Assembly (NCBI GenBank): GCA_965230515.1
Contig: OZ246007.1
Coordinates: 23,196 to 87,195, forward strand
Source of the DNA: Pseudomonadales bacterium
GTDB lineage: Bacteria > Pseudomonadota > Gammaproteobacteria > Pseudomonadales > IMCC2047
Reading direction: 5' to 3'
DNA length: 64,000 nucleotides
Notes under the pieces: model-generated
Seen by the model: only the letters and a program-made list of their open reading frames with translations
Told to the model about the DNA's origin: nothing
The model's database searches: none
Shown: one piece after another, positions 52,527 through 62,704 of the stretch
Layout: each line of letters begins with the position of its first letter
Position numbering within the stretch: position 1 is the first letter of the stretch
Translations under genes and position numbers: made by a program

Positions 52527-53648
52527 ATGTCTAAAAAGATAGCAGCTCTGCTTTTATTGACCATATGGTGTCAGACATTGCACGCCTATGAGCTCAGGTT
52601 TCGTAATCTGCAGGAGCCATTGCCCATCCTGCTCAATTTTTCAGGTTCAAGTGCTTCCGGTCAAACTTGGCGCGCTGCAGCGATTGAGGCGCTTGATATG
52701 TGGAGCGGCCATACCGATTTTGAGTTTACCCTGATATCTTCCCAGGCCGACCCTTGTACGGTGTTTCCGCCACATTTTATCGGGGATGATAGGAATTCGG
52801 TAGCCTTTTCAGATGATGCCTGCGGTGTCCCGTTTGACGAGGACACGCTTGCTATAACATTTTCAATATCCATCATTACCGATGATATCTACACGCTGGA
52901 GTCAGATATTGTTATGAATAGCAATGTAGAGTGGGATATCTATGATGGGCCTTTACGTCTGTTTACCATGGACTTTAAGCGGGTGTTGGTTCATGAGCTT
53001 GGCCATGTGATCGGCCTCAATCATGAGGATGACGTGCCTGCTATCATGGCAAGTTTTATTGGCAGCATTGATGAACCGACTGCTGATGATATTAAAGGTG
53101 TCGAAGTGCTCTATTCAAACCCCACATTTAGCGATGATGGTATTGAGGTCATACTGGAAGAGCCGGGAGATAATGCCACGGTCAGTGGGGTTAGCAATAT
53201 CAGGGGTTGGGCGGTAGGAAACGCTGATATTTTGCGAATTGATCTGTTGCTTGACGGGGAAACCTTTACGCGTGTGCCGCGGGGTGGTACTCGAGATGAT
53301 GTTCAAAAATTATATAAAGATCGTCCAGGATCGGACAGCGCAGGGTTTTCCATGGCCATGGCCTGGAGTCTTCTGGAACCGGGGGATCATACACTGACGG
53401 TGCGTGTTACGGATTGGTTTTACCGTACTACGGAGGTCACCCATACCTTTACTGTTGAGGCATTTGATTCAGCGTTTATTTCCGATTCCAGTCTGGTGTC
53501 ACTGGATGGAGAGTATGAAAAAGTTTCGCAAAACCGTTTTAAAATTAAAAGTATGACAGTCGAAGGAAAAAGCTATGATGTTACTTTTGCCTGGAAGACT
53601 GCATCCCAAAAGTTTGAAATGGTGGAGATAACACCTTCAACACCCTGA
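52527..53648 (+). CDS. Secreted matrixin-like metzincin with C-terminal Ig-like domain
   Basis: Signal peptide, HELGHVIGLNH, AIMAS Met-turn, DDIKGV..LY, SG..NIRGWAV. Confidence 0.88.
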   Translation: MSKKIAALLLLTIWCQTLHAYELRFRNLQEPLPILLNFSGSSASGQTWRAAAIEALDMWSGHTDFEFTLISSQADPCTVFPPHFIGDDRNSVAFSDDACGVPFDEDTLAITFSISIITDDIYTLESDIVMNSNVEWDIYDGPLRLFTMDFKRVLVHELGHVIGLNHEDDVPAIMASFIGSIDEPTADDIKGVEVLYSNPTFSDDGIEVILEEPGDNATVSGVSNIRGWAVGNADILRIDLLLDGETFTRVPRGGTRDDVQKLYKDRPGSDSAGFSMAMAWSLLEPGDHTLTVRVTDWFYRTTEVTHTFTVEAFDSAFISDSSLVSLDGEYEKVSQNRFKIKSMTVEGKSYDVTFAWKTASQKFEMVEITPSTP

Positions 53649-53674
53649 TTGGCCGGTTTAACGGTATTGCCCCT

Positions 53675-53971
53675 TTATTTATCGGTGCTTTGCTGGTGGT
53701 GAAGTACTGCATGGATAACGGTGTTGTACTCGAAATAAACAGTAAAGTCCCCATAAACCCATTTACTGATCGGCGGATCGCCGACCGGTGCCATCATCTC
53801 CTGTGGAGAACCAAAGCGGTTCTCCACGGTATCCTTGCTCATTCCGTTAGCCGGGCGCTCAACGTTTTGTAATCCGGGCGCCTGTTTGGATACACTGATT
53901 TCAAGTGTTTCGGAAATTGCTGTGGTGTTGAATAACAATGCAATGATGAACAGCATGGTTCTATTCTTCAT
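53675..53971 (-). CDS. Small exported conserved protein (SmpA/BamE-like fold possible)
   Basis: Signal peptide; GMSK..VE..FG.P, VGDPPISKW.Y..FTVYFE. Confidence 0.75.
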   Translation of the reverse strand: MKNRTMLFIIALLFNTTAISETLEISVSKQAPGLQNVERPANGMSKDTVENRFGSPQEMMAPVGDPPISKWVYGDFTVYFEYNTVIHAVLHHQQSTDK

Positions 53972-54567
53972 GGTTGACCTGTCTCCTTCTCTTTGCTGCT
54001 GATGCTTTCCCGGCGCTGTTTTGCCTGATGCTGTAGTACGTGTCGTGCAATTAAATGTCGATCATTGCCTGATAGATTCTCAAAAACGAGGTTGATCAAA
54101 AAGTTACCGCTAATGTGCTCGTTACAGTTCACGACTCGCCCAATTAATAATAGACCAACATAGGAGGGTAGCAACACCAGTTTTAGGGCCAGATAAGTAT
54201 CCAAATCCAGCGTATTGGTATGCGTAAAGGAGAGTCCACCCTCGCTTAGGGTGATCTCCTGTAGAGGCAAACTATCAATATCCTCGCTTTGTTCAACAAT
54301 TGTATGGGCTAACAATTCCAGTTTTTCATTGATGCTTTTAAGATAGGACGCGACATCCCTGTTTTTGTCGGCGATGGCTTTGAATATTACACTGTGTTCT
54401 GAATCAATGGTTTGCAACTGGTTTAGAAGTTGGAATTGAGGAGGAACCTCCAGTGGGAAAATAACCCGGCCAGACTTGATCTGTTCGGGGTCGATCTCCT
54501 CGAACTCCAAAAAAGCCATATCCTGGATGCGATAAAAATCCCTATTATCCTGTACACCTGATGTCAT
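53968..54567 (-). CDS. PilZ-domain protein
   Basis: RDFYRI (RxxxR) and degenerate TLSEGG motif; usual position opposite the lol genes. Confidence 0.82.
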   Translation of the reverse strand: MTSGVQDNRDFYRIQDMAFLEFEEIDPEQIKSGRVIFPLEVPPQFQLLNQLQTIDSEHSVIFKAIADKNRDVASYLKSINEKLELLAHTIVEQSEDIDSLPLQEITLSEGGLSFTHTNTLDLDTYLALKLVLLPSYVGLLLIGRVVNCNEHISGNFLINLVFENLSGNDRHLIARHVLQHQAKQRRESISSKEKETGQP

Positions 54568-54702
54568 TCAGTTAAAATCCGCACAATCGTAAATTAAATG
54601 CTCACCAAGAGCTTTGTTTACCAACCCCTATAAGTATAACAGCTAAATGGATTCTTTCCGCTATATGGGCATATTCACCATCACGATGGTTTCACGCTAG
54701 TC

Positions 54703-55944
54703 ATGTACCGCTTGCTACCCTTTTTTATTGGATTGCGTTATACCCGCGCAAAACGAAGGAACCACTTTATATCCTTTATCTCCATGACCGCTATGTTGGG
54801 TATGATTCTGGGTGTTGCAGTGTTGATTTTAGTGCTTTCCGTCATGAATGGTTTTGACCGGGAGTTAAGAGAGCGTATTTTGGGTATGGTTCCGCATGCC
54901 TCCATTCATAGCTCCGGGCCGATTAAGGATTGGCAATTGGTAGCGGAAACGGCCAGCCAGGATGAGGAAGTGGTGGCAGTAGCGCCCTTCATACAGGGCC
55001 AGGGCATGTTGACCTATGCCGGTAGTGTGCACGGTGTATTGGTCAGCGGTATTCTTCCGGACTGGGAATCGCAAGTCTCTATTATCGGTCAGCACATGGT
55101 CGAAGGAACGCTCGATGAATTAAGAGCGGGAGAGTTCGGGATTATTTTGGGTGATTTGCTGGCCCGAAGCCTGCGAGTAAAAAAGGGAGATAAAGTTACC
55201 CTGGTTTTGCCCGAGGCAACGGCTTCTCCAGCGGGTGTGCTACCAAGACTCAAGCGCTTCAAGGTGCAGGGTGTCTTTAAAGTGGGTGCCCAACTGGACA
55301 GCAATATGGCGCTCGTTCATCTGTCTGACGGCGCTAAACTCTATAGGCTGGGTGATGGGGTGCACGGTGTACGCTTGAAGCTTAAAGATCTGTTTCGTTC
55401 CGGCGAGGTTGGCTGGCGCATAGCGTCTGCGCTGCCTGGCAGGTACTGGGCAAGTGACTGGACACGCAGTCAGGGGAATCTGTTTCAGGCGATTAAACTG
55501 GAAAAGACCATGATTGGTCTGCTGTTGTTGATGATCGTAGCGGTAGCGGCGTTTAATATTATTTCAACGTTGGTGATGGTCGTAACAGACAAACGTGCGG
55601 ATATCGCAATCCTCAGGACAATGGGAGCGAGCCCTCGTACGATTATGGCAACCTTTATGGTTCAGGGAGCGATTATCGGTGTGATTGGTACATTGTTGGG
55701 TACGCTGTTAGGGGTGGTGTTAGCTTTGTCAGTCAGTGATGTCATTGCCTGGATGGAGCGAGCGCTTGAAATCCAGTTTTTAAGCTCAGATGTCTATTTT
55801 ATCAGTTACATTCCTTCTCAAATATTGTGGGAGGACGTCGCTACTGTGGCGTTATCGGCGTTGGGTCTTAGTTTTCTGGCGACCCTCTATCCTTCATTGA
55901 GAGCGGCTAAAATACAACCGGCTGAGGCATTGAGATATGAATAG
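54703..55944 (+). CDS. Lipoprotein-releasing ABC transporter permease (LolC/E/F type)
   Basis: [53 protein letters not shown]. Confidence 0.95.
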   Translation: MYRLLPFFIGLRYTRAKRRNHFISFISMTAMLGMILGVAVLILVLSVMNGFDRELRERILGMVPHASIHSSGPIKDWQLVAETASQDEEVVAVAPFIQGQGMLTYAGSVHGVLVSGILPDWESQVSIIGQHMVEGTLDELRAGEFGIILGDLLARSLRVKKGDKVTLVLPEATASPAGVLPRLKRFKVQGVFKVGAQLDSNMALVHLSDGAKLYRLGDGVHGVRLKLKDLFRSGEVGWRIASALPGRYWASDWTRSQGNLFQAIKLEKTMIGLLLLMIVAVAAFNIISTLVMVVTDKRADIAILRTMGASPRTIMATFMVQGAIIGVIGTLLGTLLGVVLALSVSDVIAWMERALEIQFLSSDVYFISYIPSQILWEDVATVALSALGLSFLATLYPSLRAAKIQPAEALRYE

Positions 55945-56635
55945 TGCGGAAGCTGAACAGGCTGTATTGAGTTGCGAGGCGCTGAGTAAAACCTATCATG
56001 AAGGACCGCGCGATTTAGCAGTTCTTAATGGCATCAACCTGTCGGTCAGTCGGGGAGAACGAATAGCCATTGTCGGGGCATCAGGATCCGGCAAATCCAC
56101 GTTGCTTAATCTGCTGGGCGGAATTGATAACCCAGATCAGGGTGCGGTCTTTTTGGGTGGTCAAAATCTGGCGACAATTACTGAGCGCGAGCGAGGAGAA
56201 TTACGAAATAAAAAACTTGGTTTTGTTTACCAGTTTCATCATCTTTTACCTGAGTTTACGGCCCTTGAAAATGCCTGTATGCCACGATTGATTGCGAAGC
56301 AGAGCCATACCGAAGCATCAGAAGCGGCGCTCGATCTGTTGGAAAAAGTGGGTTTGGGGGACCGCGCTGATCATAAGCCGCCGGAACTGTCGGGTGGTGA
56401 GAGGCAGCGTGTTGCGATCGCAAGAGCCCTGGTGATGCGGCCTGATTGTGTGTTGCTGGATGAACCTACGGGTAATCTGGATCGTAAAACAGCAGAATCC
56501 ATTCATGATTTGATGATTGCGCTAAACCGAGAGTTTGCGATCAGTTTCGTCATGGTGACGCACGATACCCAGTTGGCGGACAGAATGGATTGCACTTATT
56601 TGCTGGAGGATGGGGCTTTAACGCGCACGGGTTAG
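55937..56635 (+). CDS. lolD: Lipoprotein-releasing ABC transporter ATPase
   Basis: [43 protein letters not shown]. Confidence 0.96.
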   Translation: MNSAEAEQAVLSCEALSKTYHEGPRDLAVLNGINLSVSRGERIAIVGASGSGKSTLLNLLGGIDNPDQGAVFLGGQNLATITERERGELRNKKLGFVYQFHHLLPEFTALENACMPRLIAKQSHTEASEAALDLLEKVGLGDRADHKPPELSGGERQRVAIARALVMRPDCVLLDEPTGNLDRKTAESIHDLMIALNREFAISFVMVTHDTQLADRMDCTYLLEDGALTRTG

Positions 56636-56677
56636 TTGTTGCCAGGTTCCGAACCGGAGGTGAGCAGTCGATGTGTA

Positions 56678-57253
56678 TCACTTGGAGCTTTTGGTCAGAA
56701 TTCTTTTTGCTCTTCTCATCTGTCTGGGCCTGCTTTTTCGCATCTGTTTACGAATCTCCCAGCGAGTTGTTACTTTCCATACCCAGAACCAGTGAATGGC
56801 GAGATAACTTAGATAACCAAAAACCAGTCCGTTGATCAGTGAACCAATCACCAGTGGCTTGCCTATGGCATCGAAGTTTTTGGTTAGCCATCCCCAAATA
56901 TCGTTAGTGGGCACTTGATGGTAGACAGAGGGATCGCTGAAAATCAGGCTGCCAACCCAATAATTAAAGTAGAATATGGGTGGCATGGTTAACGGATTGG
57001 TAATAAAAACCAATGCAACGGAGAGCGCCAGATTGCGTTTGAAGAGTACTGCAAGGAAAGCTGCCAGCAGGGTTTGCAGGGGAATGGGTAAAAAAGCACA
57101 GAATATACCGATAAAAAAAGCGCCGGCTACTGAGCGTTTTGTCAGGTGCCAGAGTTCCGAGTCATGAATACTGTCGCCTAACAGAGACAGGTATCTGTTC
57201 TCTTTAATTGTCGCGGGATCTGGTAAAAAACGCTTAAAGATTCTACGTGGCAT
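56678..57253 (-). CDS. DUF2062 membrane protein
   Basis: LWH..RSVA.A..G, P.P.Q, ITNPLT. Confidence 0.87.
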   Translation of the reverse strand: MPRRIFKRFLPDPATIKENRYLSLLGDSIHDSELWHLTKRSVAGAFFIGIFCAFLPIPLQTLLAAFLAVLFKRNLALSVALVFITNPLTMPPIFYFNYWVGSLIFSDPSVYHQVPTNDIWGWLTKNFDAIGKPLVIGSLINGLVFGYLSYLAIHWFWVWKVTTRWEIRKQMRKSRPRQMRRAKRILTKSSK

Positions 57254-57290
57254 AAATTAACATATCGTGTACCGCCAAGAGAAGGAACTC

Positions 57291-59600
57291 ATGATGCGAT
57301 TATGGATAATTGTTTGCTGTGCCGGTATCGGCGCAGTCACTCTGTTAACAGTGTTACCAGAACCAGTCTGGCTTCTTCCACTGGTCGTCTGTTTTACTGC
57401 CTCATTAAAGTATAAACCATTAAAACTTTTTGGTGCATTAAGTTTCGGTTGCATCTGGGGTGTCATTTACGGTTGGGTTGGCCTAAGTCAAATTTTACCT
57501 TATCAGTACCAGAATATAGATTTGCGGGTTCAGGGTGAAGTGGTGGATTTGCCTTTCGTTTCGAATACGGGAGGTCGACGCGCCAGACAGCGTTTTATCT
57601 TCAAGGTTAATTCGTTGCAAACTCCGGATGGAGAAAGTGTAGAGAAGAATGTTAAAAAAATTAGAGTTAGCTGGTATCAAATTGACAAGTTAGTAAAGCC
57701 CGGAGAGCATTGGCAGCTCACGGTCAGGTTGAAAAGACCGAAGGGAATGGCAAACCCGGGAGCTTTTGATTATGAAACCTATCTGTTTCGACAGGGCATC
57801 GGCGCGACGGGCTATGTACGAAAAGATGGCGACAACATGATGTTGGCTGGTCCGGGGTGGAGTGGATTGGTTCATCAGCTGCGTTACCGGATCATACAAC
57901 AATTGAGCTTGCTTGAAGCGCATTACCATTACCCGCAGGTATTACAGGCTTTGATCGTTGGTGATCGATCAGCAATGGATGAAGAGCTCTGGCAGCGGGT
58001 AACAAGAACCGGTACTAATCATCTTTTTGTGATCAGCGGATTGCATGTTGGTCTGATAGCTCTGTTTTTCTACTCGATCGTTATGGTGATCAGCCGCTGG
58101 TTTTTGTTGGGGGCTCCCAGAATTGCATCTCAGCAATTGGCATCACTTGCAGCATTGGCTGGAAGCACCTTCTATAGTGCGCTAGCGGGATTTTCTTTGC
58201 CCACGCAAAGGGCTTTGATTATGTTGCTGGTAATGATGATGGGAAAAATCTGCAAAAGGCAGATTGATGTTGTTGACAGTTTTCTGTTGGCTCTTTTTGC
58301 TGTGCTGATATGGGATCCACTCGCTGTCAGAGCCATCGGGTTTTGGCTCTCCTTTGGTGCGGTTGCAGTTTTAATCGCCGGTTTTAAAGGCTATACAGGT
58401 GCGCCGGGATACTGGTGGCGATGGGGACGACCTCAATGGCTGGTGTTTCTGGTCTTTATCCCGGCACTTCTGTTTTTCTTTGGTCAATTTTCACTGGTTT
58501 CACCGTTGGCGAACAGCTTTGCAATTCCTTTAGTGGGGTTGTTAGCTGTTCCCCTTTGTCTGGCTGGTGGGGCATTACTTTTTATCGCCAATGGGCTGGG
58601 ATCTAATGTGCTGGTTTTGGCAGATCAGATTATTTGGCTGACATTTAAAGGGTTGGCTTTTCTGGAGCAGTGGTCATTTGCGTTGATTGAAATTAGCCCG
58701 TCCCCCTTAAGTCTGATTGTCGGAACTATCGGAGTACTGCTGCTGATTTTGCCCCGGGGATTGCCCGGAAGATGTCTGGCAGTGCTGATGATAATTCCCT
58801 TGTTTTTCGAGCATCAAACGGGCCTTGATAAGGGGAGTTACAATCTAACGGTTTTTGATGTCGGGCAGGGGCTTTCAGTAATGGTTGAAACTGCACAACA
58901 CAGGCTTATTTACGATGTGGGCCCCAGTTACAGTAAGAAGTTTAATACGGCGACAGCGGTATTACTGCCCTACATCAAGAAGAATAATATAGAGTACGTT
59001 GATCGGATTTTGCTTAGTCACAGTGACAATGACCATGCGGGTGCGTTCACAGCATTGACCGCAAATCTGGCATATGGCGATCTCACGTCTGGCTCAGAGC
59101 CGCCGGTTTCCTCATTAGAGCGAGCTTTCCCCTGCAGTTCTGGCTACCGGTGGTCATGGGATGGTGTTAACTTTCAGTTGATGCAGGCAACGGAAGACGC
59201 GTGGCGTAACGAGAATAACAGGTCCTGCGTGTTAAAGGTTGATAATGGCTCCTTTGTCACACTGTTAACGGGTGATATAGAGAAAGAAGCGGAGCAATCA
59301 CTGATAACTCAGTTTTCGAATCAGTTGAAAGCAGATCTGCTGATCGCGCCCCACCATGGTAGTCGAACCTCTTCAAGCCCTGATTTTATTAAACGTGTGA
59401 TGCCACAAACAGTTGTTTTTACAGCAGGCTACCTGAACCGATTTGGTCATCCCAAACCAGATGTTGTTGACCGATATCGATCGTTAGGTGCTGAAACGAT
59501 AAACACTGTGGATTCAGGGGCGGCCAGCTTTGTAATTGAAAATCAGGGGTTGACTGAGCAACGGTTCTTTCGTGAACAACAGCGGGGATATTGGTACTGA
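57291..59600 (+). CDS. comEC: DNA internalisation competence protein ComEC/Rec2
   Basis: NPG.FDYE, HLFVISGLHVG, DVGQG, SHSDNDHAG, PHHGSRTSS, NRFGHP. Confidence 0.95.
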   Translation: MMRLWIIVCCAGIGAVTLLTVLPEPVWLLPLVVCFTASLKYKPLKLFGALSFGCIWGVIYGWVGLSQILPYQYQNIDLRVQGEVVDLPFVSNTGGRRARQRFIFKVNSLQTPDGESVEKNVKKIRVSWYQIDKLVKPGEHWQLTVRLKRPKGMANPGAFDYETYLFRQGIGATGYVRKDGDNMMLAGPGWSGLVHQLRYRIIQQLSLLEAHYHYPQVLQALIVGDRSAMDEELWQRVTRTGTNHLFVISGLHVGLIALFFYSIVMVISRWFLLGAPRIASQQLASLAALAGSTFYSALAGFSLPTQRALIMLLVMMMGKICKRQIDVVDSFLLALFAVLIWDPLAVRAIGFWLSFGAVAVLIAGFKGYTGAPGYWWRWGRPQWLVFLVFIPALLFFFGQFSLVSPLANSFAIPLVGLLAVPLCLAGGALLFIANGLGSNVLVLADQIIWLTFKGLAFLEQWSFALIEISPSPLSLIVGTIGVLLLILPRGLPGRCLAVLMIIPLFFEHQTGLDKGSYNLTVFDVGQGLSVMVETAQHRLIYDVGPSYSKKFNTATAVLLPYIKKNNIEYVDRILLSHSDNDHAGAFTALTANLAYGDLTSGSEPPVSSLERAFPCSSGYRWSWDGVNFQLMQATEDAWRNENNRSCVLKVDNGSFVTLLTGDIEKEAEQSLITQFSNQLKADLLIAPHHGSRTSSSPDFIKRVMPQTVVFTAGYLNRFGHPKPDVVDRYRSLGAETINTVDSGAASFVIENQGLTEQRFFREQQRGYWY

Positions 59601-59756
59601 AAACCCGACGTGATCTGGCTGATTAAGGATTCGCTTTAGGTATCCTTTGATACTGATCAATGAAGCTTATAAATTAGTTCAGGCTTACCAGTGACAATCA
59701 TGTACACTTGTGCGCGAATGACCGTCCCCTGGATTTTAAGTGAGGAATCAACCTAC

Positions 59757-60212
59757 ATGAGATTTAGAGAAAAATTGCTTGTCGCTGCCACTCTGGTGTT
59801 TGGGGTTATCGTAGCGGCGGGCATCTACATATCGCAGGAATCGATGGAGTTTAAAACGTTTCATGAGTCTTTCGTGCGGACTTTTGTTGAGGATTTGTCA
59901 CAATCCTGGGAGTTGCAGGACATAGCGGGTCGATTAAGTGAAGAGTTTCTGGAGCAGGCAGAAAGCGTTGACGGGCAGGAGCAACTTGAGAAATTCAGCA
60001 TCCTGGGCATGCTAAATGAAATTAAGGAGGTAGAAATTGGGAAGTACTTCTCCGGTAGCGGTGGAACACTTGGTGAATTCCTGATAACCGCCAGATTTGA
60101 GAAAGAAGAGGTTCTAGTTAAAGTGACAGTGCACGAGCAATCCGGTGAGGTTAAAGTTCGTGGTGTGACAATCAACCGCTTGGATGCAGAGGGTAATTAT
60201 TCTGATTTCTAA
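59757..60212 (+). CDS. Hypothetical membrane-anchored protein
   Basis: Single N-terminal TM segment followed by an acidic domain; RBS GAGGA before ATG 59757. Confidence 0.65.
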   Translation: MRFREKLLVAATLVFGVIVAAGIYISQESMEFKTFHESFVRTFVEDLSQSWELQDIAGRLSEEFLEQAESVDGQEQLEKFSILGMLNEIKEVEIGKYFSGSGGTLGEFLITARFEKEEVLVKVTVHEQSGEVKVRGVTINRLDAEGNYSDF

Positions 60213-60321
60213 CAGGCAGATTCAGAATGCCATTTTCTATAGTGGAGTGATGTTCACGGATGGTGAATCCAATACGCGCGAAAGCGACACCTTAAAGGCT
60301 ACATTTGGCACTTCATAGAAT

Positions 60322-61266
60322 ATGAAAGATACGTTGAATCGCTGGAACGACAGGCGTTATTACCCGATCAGTCAGTACTTTAAGTCTCGTTTTGGAGAAA
60401 AGGTAGGTAAAGTTTCAGTGAGTGTTGCTGAGACCTGCCCCAATCGGCAAAGTCCCAAAATGGAGGCCTGTATATTTTGCGATGAATGGGGTTCGGCCGC
60501 CTACCCCAGGGAAAGGGATCTTTCGCTGAGTGAACAGATTGCCAGTAACCGTAAGCACGTAAAGCGACGATTAAGAGCAAAAAAATTCCTGGTTTATTTT
60601 CAAGCCTATACCAACACATTAGGTCGCATATCTGCTTTACAGGAACGTTTCAAAACGGCCTTGTCTGAGCCGGATATCGCGGGTCTGGTTGTGGGTACTC
60701 GACCGGATTGTCTTCCGGAGCGCATCTATCCCCTGTTTAAAGAAACCGCAGAACAAAGCTATCTGATGGTTGAACTTGGCGTGCAGAGCTTTTTCGATGA
60801 ACAGTTGGAGTTTTTACGCAGGGGGCATGACGTTGAAACGGCTATTAGTGCGATTCATCGTCTGCACGAAAAGACTCAGGCAGATATTGGCATACACCTG
60901 ATTTTTGGATTGCCGAACGAAACGGATGACCAGCTGATTGCAACCGCAAGGCAGATTAATCGGTTACCTATTGATAATGTCAAACTGCATAACCTGCATG
61001 TCCTTGCAGGTACACCCCTTGCAGAGCTATACCGACAGGGTGAATTTGAAGCGCTTGAACTGGAAGAGTATGCACGCCGGGTTATTATTTTTCTGAGGCA
61101 TCTTTCCCCATGCGTGTCAGTTCAAAGATTGGCCGCTGTTGCTAACCGATGGGATGAGTTGGTGGCCCCTCAATGGACGAGGGAGAAGATGCAACCGCTG
61201 CTCTATATTGAACGGCAGATGGAAATAGCCGGTTATTTTCAGGGTGATAGTTGTCCCGATCTATAG
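60322..61266 (+). CDS. Radical SAM protein, YhcC/TIGR01212 family
   Basis: CPNR..CIFC, YFQAYTNT, GTRPDC, ELGVQS, HLIFGLP, KLHNLH. Confidence 0.9.
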   Translation: MKDTLNRWNDRRYYPISQYFKSRFGEKVGKVSVSVAETCPNRQSPKMEACIFCDEWGSAAYPRERDLSLSEQIASNRKHVKRRLRAKKFLVYFQAYTNTLGRISALQERFKTALSEPDIAGLVVGTRPDCLPERIYPLFKETAEQSYLMVELGVQSFFDEQLEFLRRGHDVETAISAIHRLHEKTQADIGIHLIFGLPNETDDQLIATARQINRLPIDNVKLHNLHVLAGTPLAELYRQGEFEALELEEYARRVIIFLRHLSPCVSVQRLAAVANRWDELVAPQWTREKMQPLLYIERQMEIAGYFQGDSCPDL

Positions 61267-61329
61267 CACTTTAATCTTGTCGCAAATTGGTTTAGGGTTG
61301 TTCTATATTTGGCAAAGGAGATGTGAATA

Positions 61330-61647
61330 ATGCGCCTCAATTCCCTTTTTAATCATTTTTTAATGCTGCTTTTATTTTTGGCTATGCCGGTTATTGTGCA
61401 GGCAGAGTGCAAGCAGGATTCTATCGGCTATGTTTGGTGTTCCGAATTTCCGTCTGGTGGTATCGAGACTGACAGTACCGGAAATATACAGTGTGGCAAG
61501 GGTAAGTGCCTGCGAGATAATATTGGTTCGGTTTATTGCTCCAAAATTGAAGCGGGTGGCGCAGCAAAAGATAAGTTTGGAATGATAAAGTGCCTTGGCG
61601 GGTGTGAGCGAGGCAGCCACAGGAGTTGTGTAAAAGCGGATAATTAA
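61330..61647 (+). CDS. Small secreted Cys-rich repeat protein
   Basis: Signal peptide, 8 Cys, four D-x-x-G-x-[VI]-x-C units; RBS AAGGAG. Confidence 0.75.
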   Translation: MRLNSLFNHFLMLLLFLAMPVIVQAECKQDSIGYVWCSEFPSGGIETDSTGNIQCGKGKCLRDNIGSVYCSKIEAGGAAKDKFGMIKCLGGCERGSHRSCVKADN

Positions 61648-61690
61648 TGTACGCAGCAATCGATTGTAATAGCAGTATAAGTGATAGCAG

Positions 61691-62524
61691 ATGGCAAAAG
61701 TGCGTGATTTAACACAGCAAGATATAGAGGCTTATAACAGTGACGGCGTTATTCATATAAAAAACGCGGTAGGCCAACCCTGGGTTGATCGTATGCTAGC
61801 AGTGGTAGAGCATCAGCTCAATCACCCCAGTCGGTGGGCCAATGATGAAAATCCGGGTAACAGGGAAAATCGTCTTTTTACCGACCGTTATCAGTGGCGT
61901 AATAACCCGGAGATAAAAAACTATCTGTATGAGTCGGGTGTCGCCAGACTGGCTGGTCAGGCCATGCAAAGCAGACAGGTTCGTTTTTATTTTGACCATA
62001 TGCTGGTTAAAGAGCCGGGAACCGCTACGCCAACTCCATGGCATCAGGATGTACCCTATTGGCCCTTTAAGGGGCGTCAGATCTGTTCAGTCTGGCTGGC
62101 GTTGACGGATGTGACAGTCGAACAAAGTGCCATGGAGTTTGTTCGGGGTTCACATCGTGATGGAAAATACTATATGCCCGAAGTGTTTGGTGATCGGGAG
62201 AACCATCCAGGTCTTTGGGCCAAGGAGGCGGTTGGGGAAAAAGTGCCGGATATTGAAGCTGACCGGTCGAGCTTCGATATTGTGGGCTGGGATATGAAAG
62301 CGGGTGATGCAGTACTCTTTTCAGCCTGGTTGTTGCACTGGGCTCCCGGTAACAGTTCTGCCAGCCGGCGCCGGGCAGCGCTGTCAACGCGCTGGCTTGG
62401 CGATGATGCGATCTGGTTCCCCCATTCGGGAGCGGATCCTACCGTCAAACAAAGCGATGTTGCCGTTGCAGCAGGTGAACTGGCAAGGGATGACAATGTC
62501 TTTCCGGTAGTATGGGAAAAGTGA
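61691..62524 (+). CDS. Phytanoyl-CoA dioxygenase (PhyH) family Fe/2-oxoglutarate oxygenase
   Basis: TPWHQD.PYW, SVWLAL, FVRGSH, GDAVLF...LH, RRAALSTRW. Confidence 0.9.
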   Translation: MAKVRDLTQQDIEAYNSDGVIHIKNAVGQPWVDRMLAVVEHQLNHPSRWANDENPGNRENRLFTDRYQWRNNPEIKNYLYESGVARLAGQAMQSRQVRFYFDHMLVKEPGTATPTPWHQDVPYWPFKGRQICSVWLALTDVTVEQSAMEFVRGSHRDGKYYMPEVFGDRENHPGLWAKEAVGEKVPDIEADRSSFDIVGWDMKAGDAVLFSAWLLHWAPGNSSASRRRAALSTRWLGDDAIWFPHSGADPTVKQSDVAVAAGELARDDNVFPVVWEK

Positions 62525-62704
62525 ACAGCAAAGAGTTCGGCGTGGTTGTAAATCCGGGTAAATGAGGAGGGTCTTTCGGGGTAACCCCGAAGGCTATCAT
62601 CCATTTGATTTTTGCGGTAAGCTCGGGGCATTAATTGAGGGGTGATTTCGAGGAACCATACAGGACCTGTAAACAGGTCCCAACAATAATCAGGGGCTCC
62701 CATT

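Noticed and set aside
62525-62704. Cobalamin riboswitch upstream of exbB (attractive given rdhA)
   Set aside because: GGTTGTAAATCC is only loosely similar, and there is no GGGAA element or B12 box. An Rfam search would settle it.
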